Of a DNA stretch of 64,000 nucleotides, positions 13,218 through 24,198 are shown piece by piece; within the stretch, counting starts at the first letter, position 1; every line of letters starts with the position of its first letter. Origin of the DNA: an uncultured delta proteobacterium (lineage in GTDB: Bacteria; Myxococcota_A; Polyangia; Polyangiales; Polyangiaceae); contig CAWAIF010000003.1 in the NCBI GenBank assembly GCA_963782055.1, forward strand, positions 1,024,001 through 1,088,000, written 5' to 3'. Under the pieces are notes generated by a model, which ran no database searches, was not told the DNA's origin, and saw nothing but the letters and a program-made list of their open reading frames with translations. Made by a program: the position numbers and the translations under genes.

Positions 13218-13326
13218 GTGTGGACCGGTCCCCGGGCCGATGCCGGCGCGAGCTCGGGGTCATCTTATGCGCACTGACACGGCGCCCGCGCCAAATATCG
13301 CCGGGCCGGAGCCGGGGGCAGGGGCC

Positions 13327-15165
13327 CTAGGGGCCGAAGACCACCTTGGTGGACTGGCCGGCGATCACGTTCTTGGTGCTGCAGTGGCTGGGGTCCGCGC
13401 GGTCGCAGATGGTCACCAGCGCGCTTCCGCTCGCGCCCGTCAGCGGGATGGTGACCGGCGCGCCGGGGTGGACCACCTGGCCGGGGTTGCTCGAGACGCT
13501 GAAGGTGGCCGAGGCGTCGTCGCTCTGCACCGTCAGCAGCGCGGGCTTCATCTTGAGGTGGACGCCGCGGGTCTCGTCCTTGTTGCCGGCGGAGAGCACC
13601 TGCACCTCCGGCTCGCACGCGTCGCCCTTGCACGCGAACTTGAGCGTGTGCTCGTGCGAGTCGAAGGTGAGCACGGTGCCGTTGAGGGCGTCCTGGGGCG
13701 GGCCGTTGTCCAGCGAGACGACGACGCCCACGACCGGGCGCACATCCAGCGTCACCTTCCGCTGCGCCTTCTCCGCGGCGATGGACGCGGTGTGGATCGC
13801 CGTCGCCGTCGGGGCCGTCTGCACCGGCGGCGTCGACGCGGAGGCCGCCGCGACGCTCTCGGTGGCCGACGCCACCGGCGCGGTGGCCGAGGGCGGCGCG
13901 CTCGCGGTCGTGTTCGGCGCGACGGAGGCCGTCGCCTGGGGCGGGTCGGGCTTCACCCTGGGCGTGCGCAGCGCGCGCGTGGCGAAGAAGGCGGCGGTGC
14001 CCAGCGCCACGGTCGCCAGCGCCACCGGCGCGGCCCGCCGCAGCAGCCTCGCGCGAGCCTCGGCGCGGTGCATCCCGGCGACCACCCGCAGCAGGTGCGG
14101 GTCGGTCGGGGCGTAGGCGAGGGCGCGGTTGTAGTCGCGCGCCGCGTCGAGGGCGCGCCCCTCCTTGCGCGCGGCGGTCGCGAGCTTGCACAGCACGTCG
14201 ATCATCCGTTGCTCGTGCGCGGTGGCGTAGGCCTCGGGATCGTCGAAGAAGGTGGCGATCTCCTCGCGCGCGTCCGCCACGCCCAGCCGCGCCAGCTCGC
14301 CGGCCATCGCCTCCCGCATCTCGGAGGCGTCCGCGTAGCGGTCGGCCGGGTCGTGCGCGAGCGCCCTGTCCACGATGGCGCTCCACTGCGCGCCCACGGT
14401 GGGCTGCTCCAGATCGGCCGGCGCGTACTCGCCACCCAGCACGCGGCGGAGGACCTGCGCGGGGTTGTTGCCCTCGAAGGGCAGGTGACCCACCAGGCAC
14501 TCGTAGAGCAGCACGCCCATGCCGAACACGTCGGAGCGGGCGTCCACCTCCCCGCCCTCGATCTGCTCCGGCGCCATGTGCGCGGGGCTCCCCAGCACCT
14601 GGCCGGTGGAGGTGACGCCCTTGGCGTCGAGGAGCTTGGCGATGCCGAAATCGGTCAGCTTCACCTTCACTCGCGGCTCGTTGCCGGAGGGCGGCGGTTC
14701 CGCCGAGAGCGCGCGGTGCTCGAGCAGCACGTTCTCCGGCTTCACGTCGCGGTGAACCACGCCCTCGCCGTGGGCGTGACCCAGCGCCGCGAGCAGGTCC
14801 ATCGCGATGGAGGCCGCCACCTCCGGCGGCAGGGGCGCGTGCTCCTTCAGCAGGGTGCGAAGGGTGTGTCCGCGCACCAGCTCCACGACCAGGTACTGGT
14901 CGCGGTCGTTCTCCGACGAGACGTCGAACACCTCCACGATGTTGGGGTGCCGCAGCTTCGCCACGGCCTGCGCCTCGACGACGAACCGGTGGGCGACCTC
15001 CGGCGAGTCGCGCAGGTGCGGGTGGATCACCTTGACGGCGACGTCGCGGCCGAGGCGCCTGTCGTGCGCGCGATACACCGTCGCCATGCCGCCGTGCCCG
15101 ATCTCCTCGAGCACGTCGTACTTGGAGAGCTCGGGGGGGCGCGCCCCCGTCGCCGTGGCGACCAT
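13327..15165 (-). CDS. Membrane-anchored Ser/Thr protein kinase
   Basis: GHGGMATVY, VAVK, HRDVKPEN, DFGIAK, GSPAHMAPEQ; then a TPR-like helix, a TM segment, an Ala/Pro/Thr linker and a PEGA-like beta region. Confidence 0.92.
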   Translation of the reverse strand: MVATATGARPPELSKYDVLEEIGHGGMATVYRAHDRRLGRDVAVKVIHPHLRDSPEVAHRFVVEAQAVAKLRHPNIVEVFDVSSENDRDQYLVVELVRGHTLRTLLKEHAPLPPEVAASIAMDLLAALGHAHGEGVVHRDVKPENVLLEHRALSAEPPPSGNEPRVKVKLTDFGIAKLLDAKGVTSTGQVLGSPAHMAPEQIEGGEVDARSDVFGMGVLLYECLVGHLPFEGNNPAQVLRRVLGGEYAPADLEQPTVGAQWSAIVDRALAHDPADRYADASEMREAMAGELARLGVADAREEIATFFDDPEAYATAHEQRMIDVLCKLATAARKEGRALDAARDYNRALAYAPTDPHLLRVVAGMHRAEARARLLRRAAPVALATVALGTAAFFATRALRTPRVKPDPPQATASVAPNTTASAPPSATAPVASATESVAAASASTPPVQTAPTATAIHTASIAAEKAQRKVTLDVRPVVGVVVSLDNGPPQDALNGTVLTFDSHEHTLKFACKGDACEPEVQVLSAGNKDETRGVHLKMKPALLTVQSDDASATFSVSSNPGQVVHPGAPVTIPLTGASGSALVTICDRADPSHCSTKNVIAGQSTKVVFGP

Positions 15166-15224
15166 GCGCGCATCGTATCACCGTCTCCCTGTCGAGGGCG
15201 GCGAAGCCCGAGGGGCAGGGTCGG

Positions 15225-16754
15225 TCAACCCTTCAGACCGAGGCGCTTCAGACGGCTGCGCAGGGTGCTCTCCGAGAGCCCGAGGGACCGCGCGGCCCGC
15301 GACTGGTTGCCGCCGTGGCGGGCCAGGATCTGGGCGAGGATGTCGCGCTCCAGCCGGTCGAAGGTCGTCCCGCCCTCCGGCATGTCCAGCACGAGGGTGG
15401 TCGGGTCCACCGCCGGGACGCCGCCCGACGCCGTCGCCGGGTTGGGCATGCGCCCGCCGGAGGAGGAGGGGGGGGTGCTGGGGCGGCTGGCCATGCGCTC
15501 CGGCGTCTCGTCCCCCAGGCTGGGCGGCAGGTCCAGGTCCTCGACGTCCACCTCGCGGCCGGCGTGGTAGATGGCGACCCGCTCCATCACGTTCGCCAGC
15601 TCGCGGACGTTGCCGGCCCAGCCGTGTCGCTCCAGCGCGCGCCACGAGGCGTCGGTCACGCGGGGGAGAGGCCGGCCGATGCGCCGGGCGGCGGCCTCGA
15701 GCATGGGCTGGCCGAGCCCGCGCACGTCCTCGATGCGCTCGCGCAGCGGCGGCACGGTGATGGGCGCGACGGCGAGGCGGTAGTAGAGGTCCAGCCGGAA
15801 GTGCCCCGCCTTGGCGGAGGCGAGCAGGTCGCGGTTGGTGGCGGCGATGATGCGCAGGTCCACCCGGCGCGGGTCGCTCGACCCCACCGGCCAGATCTCC
15901 CGCGACTCCAGCGCGCGCAGCAGCATCGCCTGCAGGTTCGGCGGCGCCTCGCCAATCTCGTCCAGGAACAGGGTGCCGCCATCGGCCAGCTCGAAGAGGC
16001 CGCGCCTGGAGGCCTGCGCCCCCGTGAAGGCGCCCTTGACGTGGCCGAACAGCTCGCTGGTCATGAGCTCGGGCGGCAGGGCCGCGAGGTTCTGGGCGAC
16101 GAAGCGCCCGCGCTTGCGCGCGCTGCGCTCGTGGATCGCCTGCGCCACCAGCTCCTTGCCGACGCCCGTCTCCCCGACGAGCAGCACGTTGGCGTCCGTC
16201 CCGGCGACGGCGACGACCTGGTCGAGCACCTTCGCCATCGCCGGCGAGGTGACCATCAGCCGCGGGCGCACGGTGGCGATGGCCCGCGCCGCCACCTCCA
16301 CGTCATCCTTCAGGCGCGCGTTGGCGGCCTGCAGCTCGGCGACGAGCCGCCGGTTCTCCAGCGAGAGCCGCCGCTGCTCCGCCGCGCTCTCCATCGTCAG
16401 CTTGAGCTGCTCGGCCTCCCACGGCTTCTGCACGTAGGCGAAGACGTGCCCGCGGTTGACGGCGTCGGCGAGGTCGTCGTGATCCGTGTAGCCGGTCAGG
16501 AGCACGCGCTGCACGTCGGGGTGCAGCTCGCAGGCGTGGGCGAGCAGCTCCGAGCCGCGCATCGGGTCCATGCGCATGTCGCTCACCAGCACGTCGAACT
16601 CGCCGCCCTCGAGCAGGGCGAGGGCCTCCGCGCCGCCGGGGGCGAGCGTCACGTCGAAGTCGCCGCCGAAGACCGCCGCGAAGACCTCGCGCACGTCCTC
16701 CTCGTCGTCGACGTAGAGGACGCGCGTACGAGGGGGGTCCGGTGTGGAGGTCAC
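15225..16754 (-). CDS. Sigma54-dependent response regulator (REC-AAA+-HTH, NtrC family)
   Basis: [44 protein letters not shown], Fis-type HTH ([12 protein letters not shown]). Confidence 0.93.
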   Translation of the reverse strand: MTSTPDPPRTRVLYVDDEEDVREVFAAVFGGDFDVTLAPGGAEALALLEGGEFDVLVSDMRMDPMRGSELLAHACELHPDVQRVLLTGYTDHDDLADAVNRGHVFAYVQKPWEAEQLKLTMESAAEQRRLSLENRRLVAELQAANARLKDDVEVAARAIATVRPRLMVTSPAMAKVLDQVVAVAGTDANVLLVGETGVGKELVAQAIHERSARKRGRFVAQNLAALPPELMTSELFGHVKGAFTGAQASRRGLFELADGGTLFLDEIGEAPPNLQAMLLRALESREIWPVGSSDPRRVDLRIIAATNRDLLASAKAGHFRLDLYYRLAVAPITVPPLRERIEDVRGLGQPMLEAAARRIGRPLPRVTDASWRALERHGWAGNVRELANVMERVAIYHAGREVDVEDLDLPPSLGDETPERMASRPSTPPSSSGGRMPNPATASGGVPAVDPTTLVLDMPEGGTTFDRLERDILAQILARHGGNQSRAARSLGLSESTLRSRLKRLGLKG

Positions 16755-16761
16755 GCGCCCT

Positions 16762-17508
16762 TCACGTTACCAAAAGCTGCGCGATCTCGTCGTGGAAGCT
16801 CTTGAACGCGCTCTCGTTCGGCCACTCGGGGGCGCCGGCGAGCAGGGCGCGCGCGTCCTTGCGCTTGCCGTGGTCGATGGCGACGACCGCGGCGCCGTAG
16901 CGCATCGCCCAGTGCACCAGCGGGGAGGTGGAGGCGGCACGGACGAGCCGCTTCTCGTCGACCGCGTCGCTCTGGTGGGCGAACGCCCGCGCCAGCGCGT
17001 ACATGCCCTGCCTGAGCCGGGTGATCCGCCGGCGCGCGAGCACCCCCCCACGGGGCAGCGGGAGCTGCACCAGCGCATTGGCCTTGGAGAGCGCCTGCTC
17101 GCGCTCGCCCTCGAAGGTGTCGAGGAGGGTCTCCACGAAGAGACGCTGCTCCAGCGCCGCATCCCACGCCGGACCGCGCACCGCCCGCGCGAGCGCGCGA
17201 CGCGCCGCCTCCACCCAGCCGTAGGAGGCGTAGGCGGTGGCGATCATCAGCGGGGCCATCGTCTCGGGGTACATGATGCGCTCGATGGAGCGCTGCCACG
17301 TCTCCAGCACGCGCTGCACGTTGCCGCTCATCAAGAGGTGGCGCATGCGGCGGCGCGCGAGGAGGGCGGGGAGCGCGGCCGCGACGATCACCAGGGCCAG
17401 CGGGAGCAGGAAGCGGCGGTCCTGCACCGACTCGTGCGCCAGCCACAGGGCGCACGCGAGGCTCACCAGGAAGGGGAGCAAGGTGAGCGGCCGGACGCGT
17501 ACCGTCAT
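16762..17508 (-). CDS. Hypothetical membrane protein (2 TM plus helical/TPR-like domain)
   Basis: Tightly packed between two regulator genes (gaps of 11 and 7 bp); two N-terminal hydrophobic helices. Start placed at ATG 17508. Confidence 0.75.
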   Translation of the reverse strand: MTVRVRPLTLLPFLVSLACALWLAHESVQDRRFLLPLALVIVAAALPALLARRRMRHLLMSGNVQRVLETWQRSIERIMYPETMAPLMIATAYASYGWVEAARRALARAVRGPAWDAALEQRLFVETLLDTFEGEREQALSKANALVQLPLPRGGVLARRRITRLRQGMYALARAFAHQSDAVDEKRLVRAASTSPLVHWAMRYGAAVVAIDHGKRKDARALLAGAPEWPNESAFKSFHDEIAQLLVT

Positions 17509-17519
17509 CGCACCTCGAC

Positions 17520-18839
<1,320 letters not shown>

Positions 18840-18906
18840 GGGGGTGTTTTTAGCACGGATCGCGCGGCTTTTCGCAAGCGCGACCGAAAGAGTCCCGGAC
18901 GCCGCT

Positions 18907-19926
18907 TCAGCGGCCGGGGAAGTCGTCCGTCGAGATGGTGTTCACCGTCACCTCGGTGTGGTCGTCGCTCGGCCACTCTTCCCGCACGACGAGGCGGCTG
19001 GGGCGGTCGCGCGGGGCGTTGCCCATGACCTGACAGACCTTGCGCCACTCCTCCAGCGCCTCGCGCGCCAGCCGGAAGCGCCGCTCGCGGTCGCGCGCCA
19101 TCATCCGCTCCAGAAATCGCTCGATCGCCTGCGGCCACTCGTCGCCGGTCGTGGCGGCGAGCGATGGCGCCTCGCGGTCCAGCTTGAGCGCGATGAGGGT
19201 GAGGGCGTTGGAGCCCTCGAAGGGGAGGCGGCCGGTGAGCGCGCGGAAGGCCACGGCGCCCAGGGCGTAGAGATCCGCCCGCTCGTCGACCCGCGCCGAC
19301 CCCCGCACCTGCTCCGGCGCCATGTAGGCGAAGCTGCCGAGCGTCGCGTCGAAGGCGGTGAGGGAGGGCTCGCTCGACTTCTTGCCCTGCCGCCGGAGCT
19401 TGGAGATGCCGAAATCCAGGATGCGCGTGCGCTCCTCGACCTCCCCGGCGGCGACCTGCCTGGCGGTGAGCTGGCGGCGCTCGATGTAGAGGTTGGCCGG
19501 CTTGATGTCGCGGTGGATGACGCCGGCGGCGTGCGCGGCCATCAGGCCCTGCGTGGCGTCGTCGACGATGGGCGCCACGTCGGCGAAGGAGAGGTACTGC
19601 TCGCGCCGGAGCCGTTCGTCCAGGCCCTCGCCCTCCAGCCGCTCGAAGGCGATCCACAGGCGGCCGGTGCGGTCCTTCCCCGCGCCCAGGATGCCGGCGA
19701 CGTACGGCGACTTGATGTGCGCGGCGATGGAGGACTCGCGCTGGAAGCGGGCGACGAGATCGGGATCCTGCGCCGCGCGGTCGTGCAGCACCTTGAGGGC
19801 CACCTTCTCGCCCGCCTTGCCGTCTGCGGCGTAGACCTCTCCCATGCCGCCGTGGCCGATGAGGCGGCGGACCTTGTAGATGCCACCGATGGTGGATCCG
19901 ACGAGCGTGCCGCTGTCGGCGCCCAT
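18907..19926 (-). CDS. Cytoplasmic Ser/Thr protein kinase
   Basis: GHGGMGEVY, VALK, HRDIKPAN, DFGISK, YMAPEQ; no TM segment. Confidence 0.92.
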   Translation of the reverse strand: MGADSGTLVGSTIGGIYKVRRLIGHGGMGEVYAADGKAGEKVALKVLHDRAAQDPDLVARFQRESSIAAHIKSPYVAGILGAGKDRTGRLWIAFERLEGEGLDERLRREQYLSFADVAPIVDDATQGLMAAHAAGVIHRDIKPANLYIERRQLTARQVAAGEVEERTRILDFGISKLRRQGKKSSEPSLTAFDATLGSFAYMAPEQVRGSARVDERADLYALGAVAFRALTGRLPFEGSNALTLIALKLDREAPSLAATTGDEWPQAIERFLERMMARDRERRFRLAREALEEWRKVCQVMGNAPRDRPSRLVVREEWPSDDHTEVTVNTISTDDFPGR

Positions 19927-20087
19927 GCCTCGTGAACGATATCACGGGGGTCATGGGAGCGCGCGTACAACCGCCGGGCCGCGGCCACGGGGCCGGCGCC
20001 GCGGCGAGCCGCCGCCAGCCCCCGCGGGCGCGGGGCCTCACGTCGTTCTGGCCAGGCCGGACCGCGGCGCATATCTTGGCCTCTACC

Positions 20088-20492
20088 ATGCGCAACGTGA
20101 AGGACGTCGAGGCCTACCTGGAGAAGCTGAATCGGCAGTTCTCGGCGGTCGAGGACCAGCCGGGCACTTTCGTGATCGCGTCGGTGGACGGCAAGCCGCC
20201 CATCGCCGTTCGCGTCGACACGCCCCTCGTCGTACTGCGCGTGCACATCGGGGACGTGTCCAAGGCCGACGGCCCCGGGCTGACGGCCCTCTTCAAGCGC
20301 CTCCTGCAGCTCAACGCCGGGGAGCTCGTGCACGCCAGCTATGGCCTGGAGGGAGAGCGCATCGTCCTCTCCGCCGCGCTGGAGCTGGAGAACCTGGACT
20401 TCAACGAGATCGAGGCGACGCTGGACGAGATGGACATCGCCCTCGCGGAGCAGGTCCCCGAGCTGTCCGAGCTCTCCAAGAAGGCTTCGTAG
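20088..20492 (+). CDS. CesT/YbjN-like (type III chaperone fold) protein
   Basis: 134 aa, acidic; LFKRLLQLNAGELVHASYGLEGERIVL...LENLDFNEIEA pattern; directly upstream of pspA. Confidence 0.7.
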   Translation: MRNVKDVEAYLEKLNRQFSAVEDQPGTFVIASVDGKPPIAVRVDTPLVVLRVHIGDVSKADGPGLTALFKRLLQLNAGELVHASYGLEGERIVLSAALELENLDFNEIEATLDEMDIALAEQVPELSELSKKAS

Positions 20493-20525
20493 TCGTCCCC
20501 CTCACCGGTCCGACGGGAAAAATCG

Positions 20526-21356
20526 ATGGGAATTTTCAGCCGCCTCGCCCAGCTCATCAAGTCCAACATCAACGACCTGATCAGCAAGTCCGAAGACCCG
20601 GAGAAGATGCTCAACCAGGTCGTTCTGGACATGAACAACCAGCTCGTGGAGGCCAAGAAGCAGGTCGCCTCCTCGATCGCCGACGAGAAGCGCCTGGCGA
20701 AGCAGTGCGAGCAGGAGCAGGCCAACGCCGCGGAGTGGGAGCGCCGCGCGATGATGGCGCTCCGCGCGGGCAACGAGGAGCTCGCGCGCGAGGCGCTCAC
20801 GCGCAAGAAGGAGCACGACCAGCTCGCTGTCACCTTCAAGGAGCAGTGGCAGAAGCAGAAGGCCGCCGTCGAGAAGCTGAAGCAGGCGCTTCGCATGCTC
20901 AACGACAAGATCGAGGAGGCCAAGCGCAAGAAGAACGTCCTCGTCGCCCGGAAGAAGCGCGCGGAGGCACAGCGCGCCATCCAGGAGACGATGAGCGGCC
21001 TGAAGGACCAGAGCGCCTTCGAGACGTTCGATCGCATGTCGCAGAAGATCGACCAGATCGAGGCGGAGGCGGAGGCGGGCGAGGAGCTGGCGGAGGAGTA
21101 CACCGGCGACGTCCTCGCCTCGCAGTTCGCCAAGCTTGAGCGCACCGCTGGCGCCGACGACGAGCTGGAGGCGCTCAAGCGCAAGATGGGCATGCTCCCC
21201 GACGAGGGCCCCAAGCCCGCCGAGGAGGCCCCCGTCCAGGCTCGCGTCGAGGCGCCGGCCCCCAAGAAGGCCGCCAGCGAGCAGGACGAGCTCGCCGCCG
21301 CCCTGGAGGAGCTGGAGGCCGAGCAGCAGGCCGAACAGAAGAAGATGGGCCGCTGA
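20526..21356 (+). CDS. pspA: PspA/IM30 family phage shock protein
   Basis: MGIFSRLAQLIKSNINDLISKSEDPEKMLNQ N-terminus, long coiled coil, AFETFDRM. Confidence 0.92.
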   Translation: MGIFSRLAQLIKSNINDLISKSEDPEKMLNQVVLDMNNQLVEAKKQVASSIADEKRLAKQCEQEQANAAEWERRAMMALRAGNEELAREALTRKKEHDQLAVTFKEQWQKQKAAVEKLKQALRMLNDKIEEAKRKKNVLVARKKRAEAQRAIQETMSGLKDQSAFETFDRMSQKIDQIEAEAEAGEELAEEYTGDVLASQFAKLERTAGADDELEALKRKMGMLPDEGPKPAEEAPVQARVEAPAPKKAASEQDELAAALEELEAEQQAEQKKMGR

Positions 21357-21359
21357 CGC

Positions 21360-24182
21360 GTGGCGAAGCCGGCTCACTCCGAGCGCGTCGAGGATCTGCT
21401 CGAGCGCCTCGCCGCTGATCCCGCCGCGGGCCTCGACGAGGGCGAGATCCAGAAGCGCCTCGTGCGCGACGGGCCGAACGAGCTGCCCGCCCCGCCCAAG
21501 CCGAGCGCCATCAAGAAGTTCTTCGAGCAGTTCGCCAACCCCATCGTGGGGACGCTGCTCGTCGCGGCCGTCATCGCGCTGATCAACGGCGCCCGCAGCC
21601 ACCACCACTCCTTCCTCGTCCGCTACGGGGACGCGACCGCGATCCTGCTCATCGTGGCGCTCAACGCGGTGCTCGGCTTCTACCAGGAGCGCCGCGCGGA
21701 AGAGGCGCTGGACGCCCTCCAGAAGATGCAGACGCCCAACGCGCGCGTGCGCCGCGGGGGCGCCATCCGCGTGGTGCCCGCGACGCAGGTCGTCGTCGGC
21801 GACATCCTGGAGCTGGAGACCGGCGACGCGGTCGCGGCGGACGCCCGCCTGCTGCAGACCGCCAACGCCGCCACGGAGGAGAGCTCGCTCACCGGCGAGA
21901 GCGTCCCGGTGGGAAAGGACGCCAAGGCCGCCATCGCCGACGACGCCACGCTCGGCGACCGCGCGACGATGGTCTACGTCGGCACCAGCGTCGTGCGCGG
22001 CCGCGCGCGGGCGGTCGTCGTGGCCACCGGCAAGAACACCGAGATCGGCAAGCTCAACGCTCTCATCCAGAGCGCCGAGCAGGGGCGCACCCCGCTGGAG
22101 GAGAAGCTGGAGGTCTTCGGCAAGAAGATCCTCTGGACCTGCCTCGCCCTCTCCGCCCTGCTGCTCGTCCGCGGCCTCATCAAGGGCGACCGCACCTGGA
22201 ACGAGGTCCTGCTGGAGGCCGTCAGCCTCGCGGTGGCCGCCATCCCGGAGGGGCTGCCGGCGATCACCACCATCACCCTCGCCCTCGGCATGCAGCGCAT
22301 GGCGCGCCGCGGGGCGATCATCCGCAAGCTCGCCGCGGTGGAGACGCTCGGGTCGGCCACCGTCATCTGCTCCGACAAGACCGGCACCCTCACGCAGAAC
22401 GAGATGACGGTGCGCGAGGTCTACGCGAGCGACGTCACCTACGAGGTGACTGGCATCGGCTACGACCCGGACGGCAGCATCGTCGACCCCAAGGGGAGCG
22501 AGGTGCACGAGCCCGGCGGCACGCTGCGCCACCTGCTGGCCACCGTCGCCCTCTGCAACAACGCGCATCTGGAGCAGCAGGACGACGGCGGCTGGAAGGT
22601 CGCCGGCGACCCGACGGAGGGCGCGCTGCTCACTCTCGCGGCGAAGGGAGGCTTGCCCAAGGAGTCCATCGCGCCGAGCGTGCAGGTGCTCCGCGAGCTG
22701 CCCTTCGACAGCGACCGCAAGCGCATGACGGTGCTCGCCCTGGACGAGAACGGGCGGGAGGTCGTGCACGTCAAGGGCTCGGCGGACGTGGTGCTGCACA
22801 TGTGCTCCAGCTACGCCACCGACGACGGCATGCACACCCTGGACGACGCCCGGCGCGAGCAGTTCCTCGCCGAGGGCGAGCGCATGAGCCGGCTCTCGCT
22901 GCGCGTGCTCGCCGTCGCGCGCCGCGTCTTCCGCGAGGCGCAGCCGGTCGACCCGCCCGACGACGACCCCGCGTCGCTCCCCGAACCGGAGCCCTCCGGC
23001 GTGGACCGCCCCAGCCTGGAGCTGGAGGAGCAGCTCACCTTCCTGGGCCTGGTGGGGATGATGGACCCCCCGCGCGAGGGCGTGAAGGAGGCCGTGCGGG
23101 CGTGTCACGAGGCGCAGGTGCGCGCCGTCATGATCACCGGCGACCACAAGCTCACCGCCGTCGCCATCGCCCGCGACCTCGGCATCTGGGACGAGGGCTC
23201 CATCGCCCTCACCGGGTCCGAGCTGGAGAAGATGAGCGACGCGGAGCTCGCCGCGCGCGTCGACAGCACGCGCGTCTTCGCCCGCGTCACGGCCGAGCAG
23301 AAGCTCCGGATCGTGCGCGCCTTCAAGGCGGTCGGGCACGTGGTGGCGATGACGGGCGACGGGGTCAACGACGCGCCCGCCCTGCGCGAGGCGCACATCG
23401 GCGTGGCGATGGGCAAGGAGGGGACCGACGTCGCGCGCCAGGCCGCCGACATGGTCATCGCCGACGACAACTTCGCGACGATCGTCGACGCCGTGCGCGA
23501 GGGGCGCGCGATCTACCGCAACATCCAGAAGTTCATCTTCTTCCTGCTCTCCTCCAACGCCGGCCTGCTCGTCGCCGTCTTCGTCGCCTCCTTCCTGCCG
23601 CACCTGCCGCCGCTGACGCCCCTGATGATCCTGTGGATCAACCTGGTCACCAACGGCATGCCCGCCCTCGCCCTGGGCGTGGACCCGCCGGACCCGACGC
23701 AGATGGAGGAGCCCCCGCGCAAGGCGACCAGCGGCCTGCTGACGGCGCGCGAGTACCTCGGCATCGGCGCCGTCGGGCTCTGGATGGGTGCCGCCGCGCT
23801 CGTCTGCTACTTCTGGCCCTGGCCGGGGCAGGCCCACCCGCAGTGGCAGCCGCGCGCCATCGCCTTCTCCCTGCTGGCGCTCTCCCCGCTCTTCCATGCC
23901 TTCAACTGCCGATCGGCGAGCGCGTCCATCGCCAGGCTCCGGCCCTTCGTCTCCAAGCCGCTGGTGCTGGCGGTGGTGCTCTCGGCGGCGATCCACCTGG
24001 TGGCGGTGCTGGTCCCGGTCCTGCGTCCCGTCTTCCGCACCTTCCCGCTGACGGCCTACGAGTGGGGCGTCATGCTCGCGCTGTCCGCCTCCATCATCCC
24101 GGCGATCGAGCTGCTCAAGCTGGTCCAGCGGCGGGGGATGTTCGCGAGCAAGCTCGGCCCCCTTTCGCGCCGCCCGGGGTGA
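21360..24182 (+). CDS. Cation-transporting P-type ATPase (P2A, Ca2+-type)
   Basis: LTGES, AIPEGLP, phosphorylation motif DKTGTLT, KGSAD, MITGD, TGDGVNDAPAL, ILWINLVTNG. Confidence 0.93.
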   Translation: MAKPAHSERVEDLLERLAADPAAGLDEGEIQKRLVRDGPNELPAPPKPSAIKKFFEQFANPIVGTLLVAAVIALINGARSHHHSFLVRYGDATAILLIVALNAVLGFYQERRAEEALDALQKMQTPNARVRRGGAIRVVPATQVVVGDILELETGDAVAADARLLQTANAATEESSLTGESVPVGKDAKAAIADDATLGDRATMVYVGTSVVRGRARAVVVATGKNTEIGKLNALIQSAEQGRTPLEEKLEVFGKKILWTCLALSALLLVRGLIKGDRTWNEVLLEAVSLAVAAIPEGLPAITTITLALGMQRMARRGAIIRKLAAVETLGSATVICSDKTGTLTQNEMTVREVYASDVTYEVTGIGYDPDGSIVDPKGSEVHEPGGTLRHLLATVALCNNAHLEQQDDGGWKVAGDPTEGALLTLAAKGGLPKESIAPSVQVLRELPFDSDRKRMTVLALDENGREVVHVKGSADVVLHMCSSYATDDGMHTLDDARREQFLAEGERMSRLSLRVLAVARRVFREAQPVDPPDDDPASLPEPEPSGVDRPSLELEEQLTFLGLVGMMDPPREGVKEAVRACHEAQVRAVMITGDHKLTAVAIARDLGIWDEGSIALTGSELEKMSDAELAARVDSTRVFARVTAEQKLRIVRAFKAVGHVVAMTGDGVNDAPALREAHIGVAMGKEGTDVARQAADMVIADDNFATIVDAVREGRAIYRNIQKFIFFLLSSNAGLLVAVFVASFLPHLPPLTPLMILWINLVTNGMPALALGVDPPDPTQMEEPPRKATSGLLTAREYLGIGAVGLWMGAAALVCYFWPWPGQAHPQWQPRAIAFSLLALSPLFHAFNCRSASASIARLRPFVSKPLVLAVVLSAAIHLVAVLVPVLRPVFRTFPLTAYEWGVMLALSASIIPAIELLKLVQRRGMFASKLGPLSRRPG

Positions 24183-24198
24183 TCCTATCGTGGCAACG

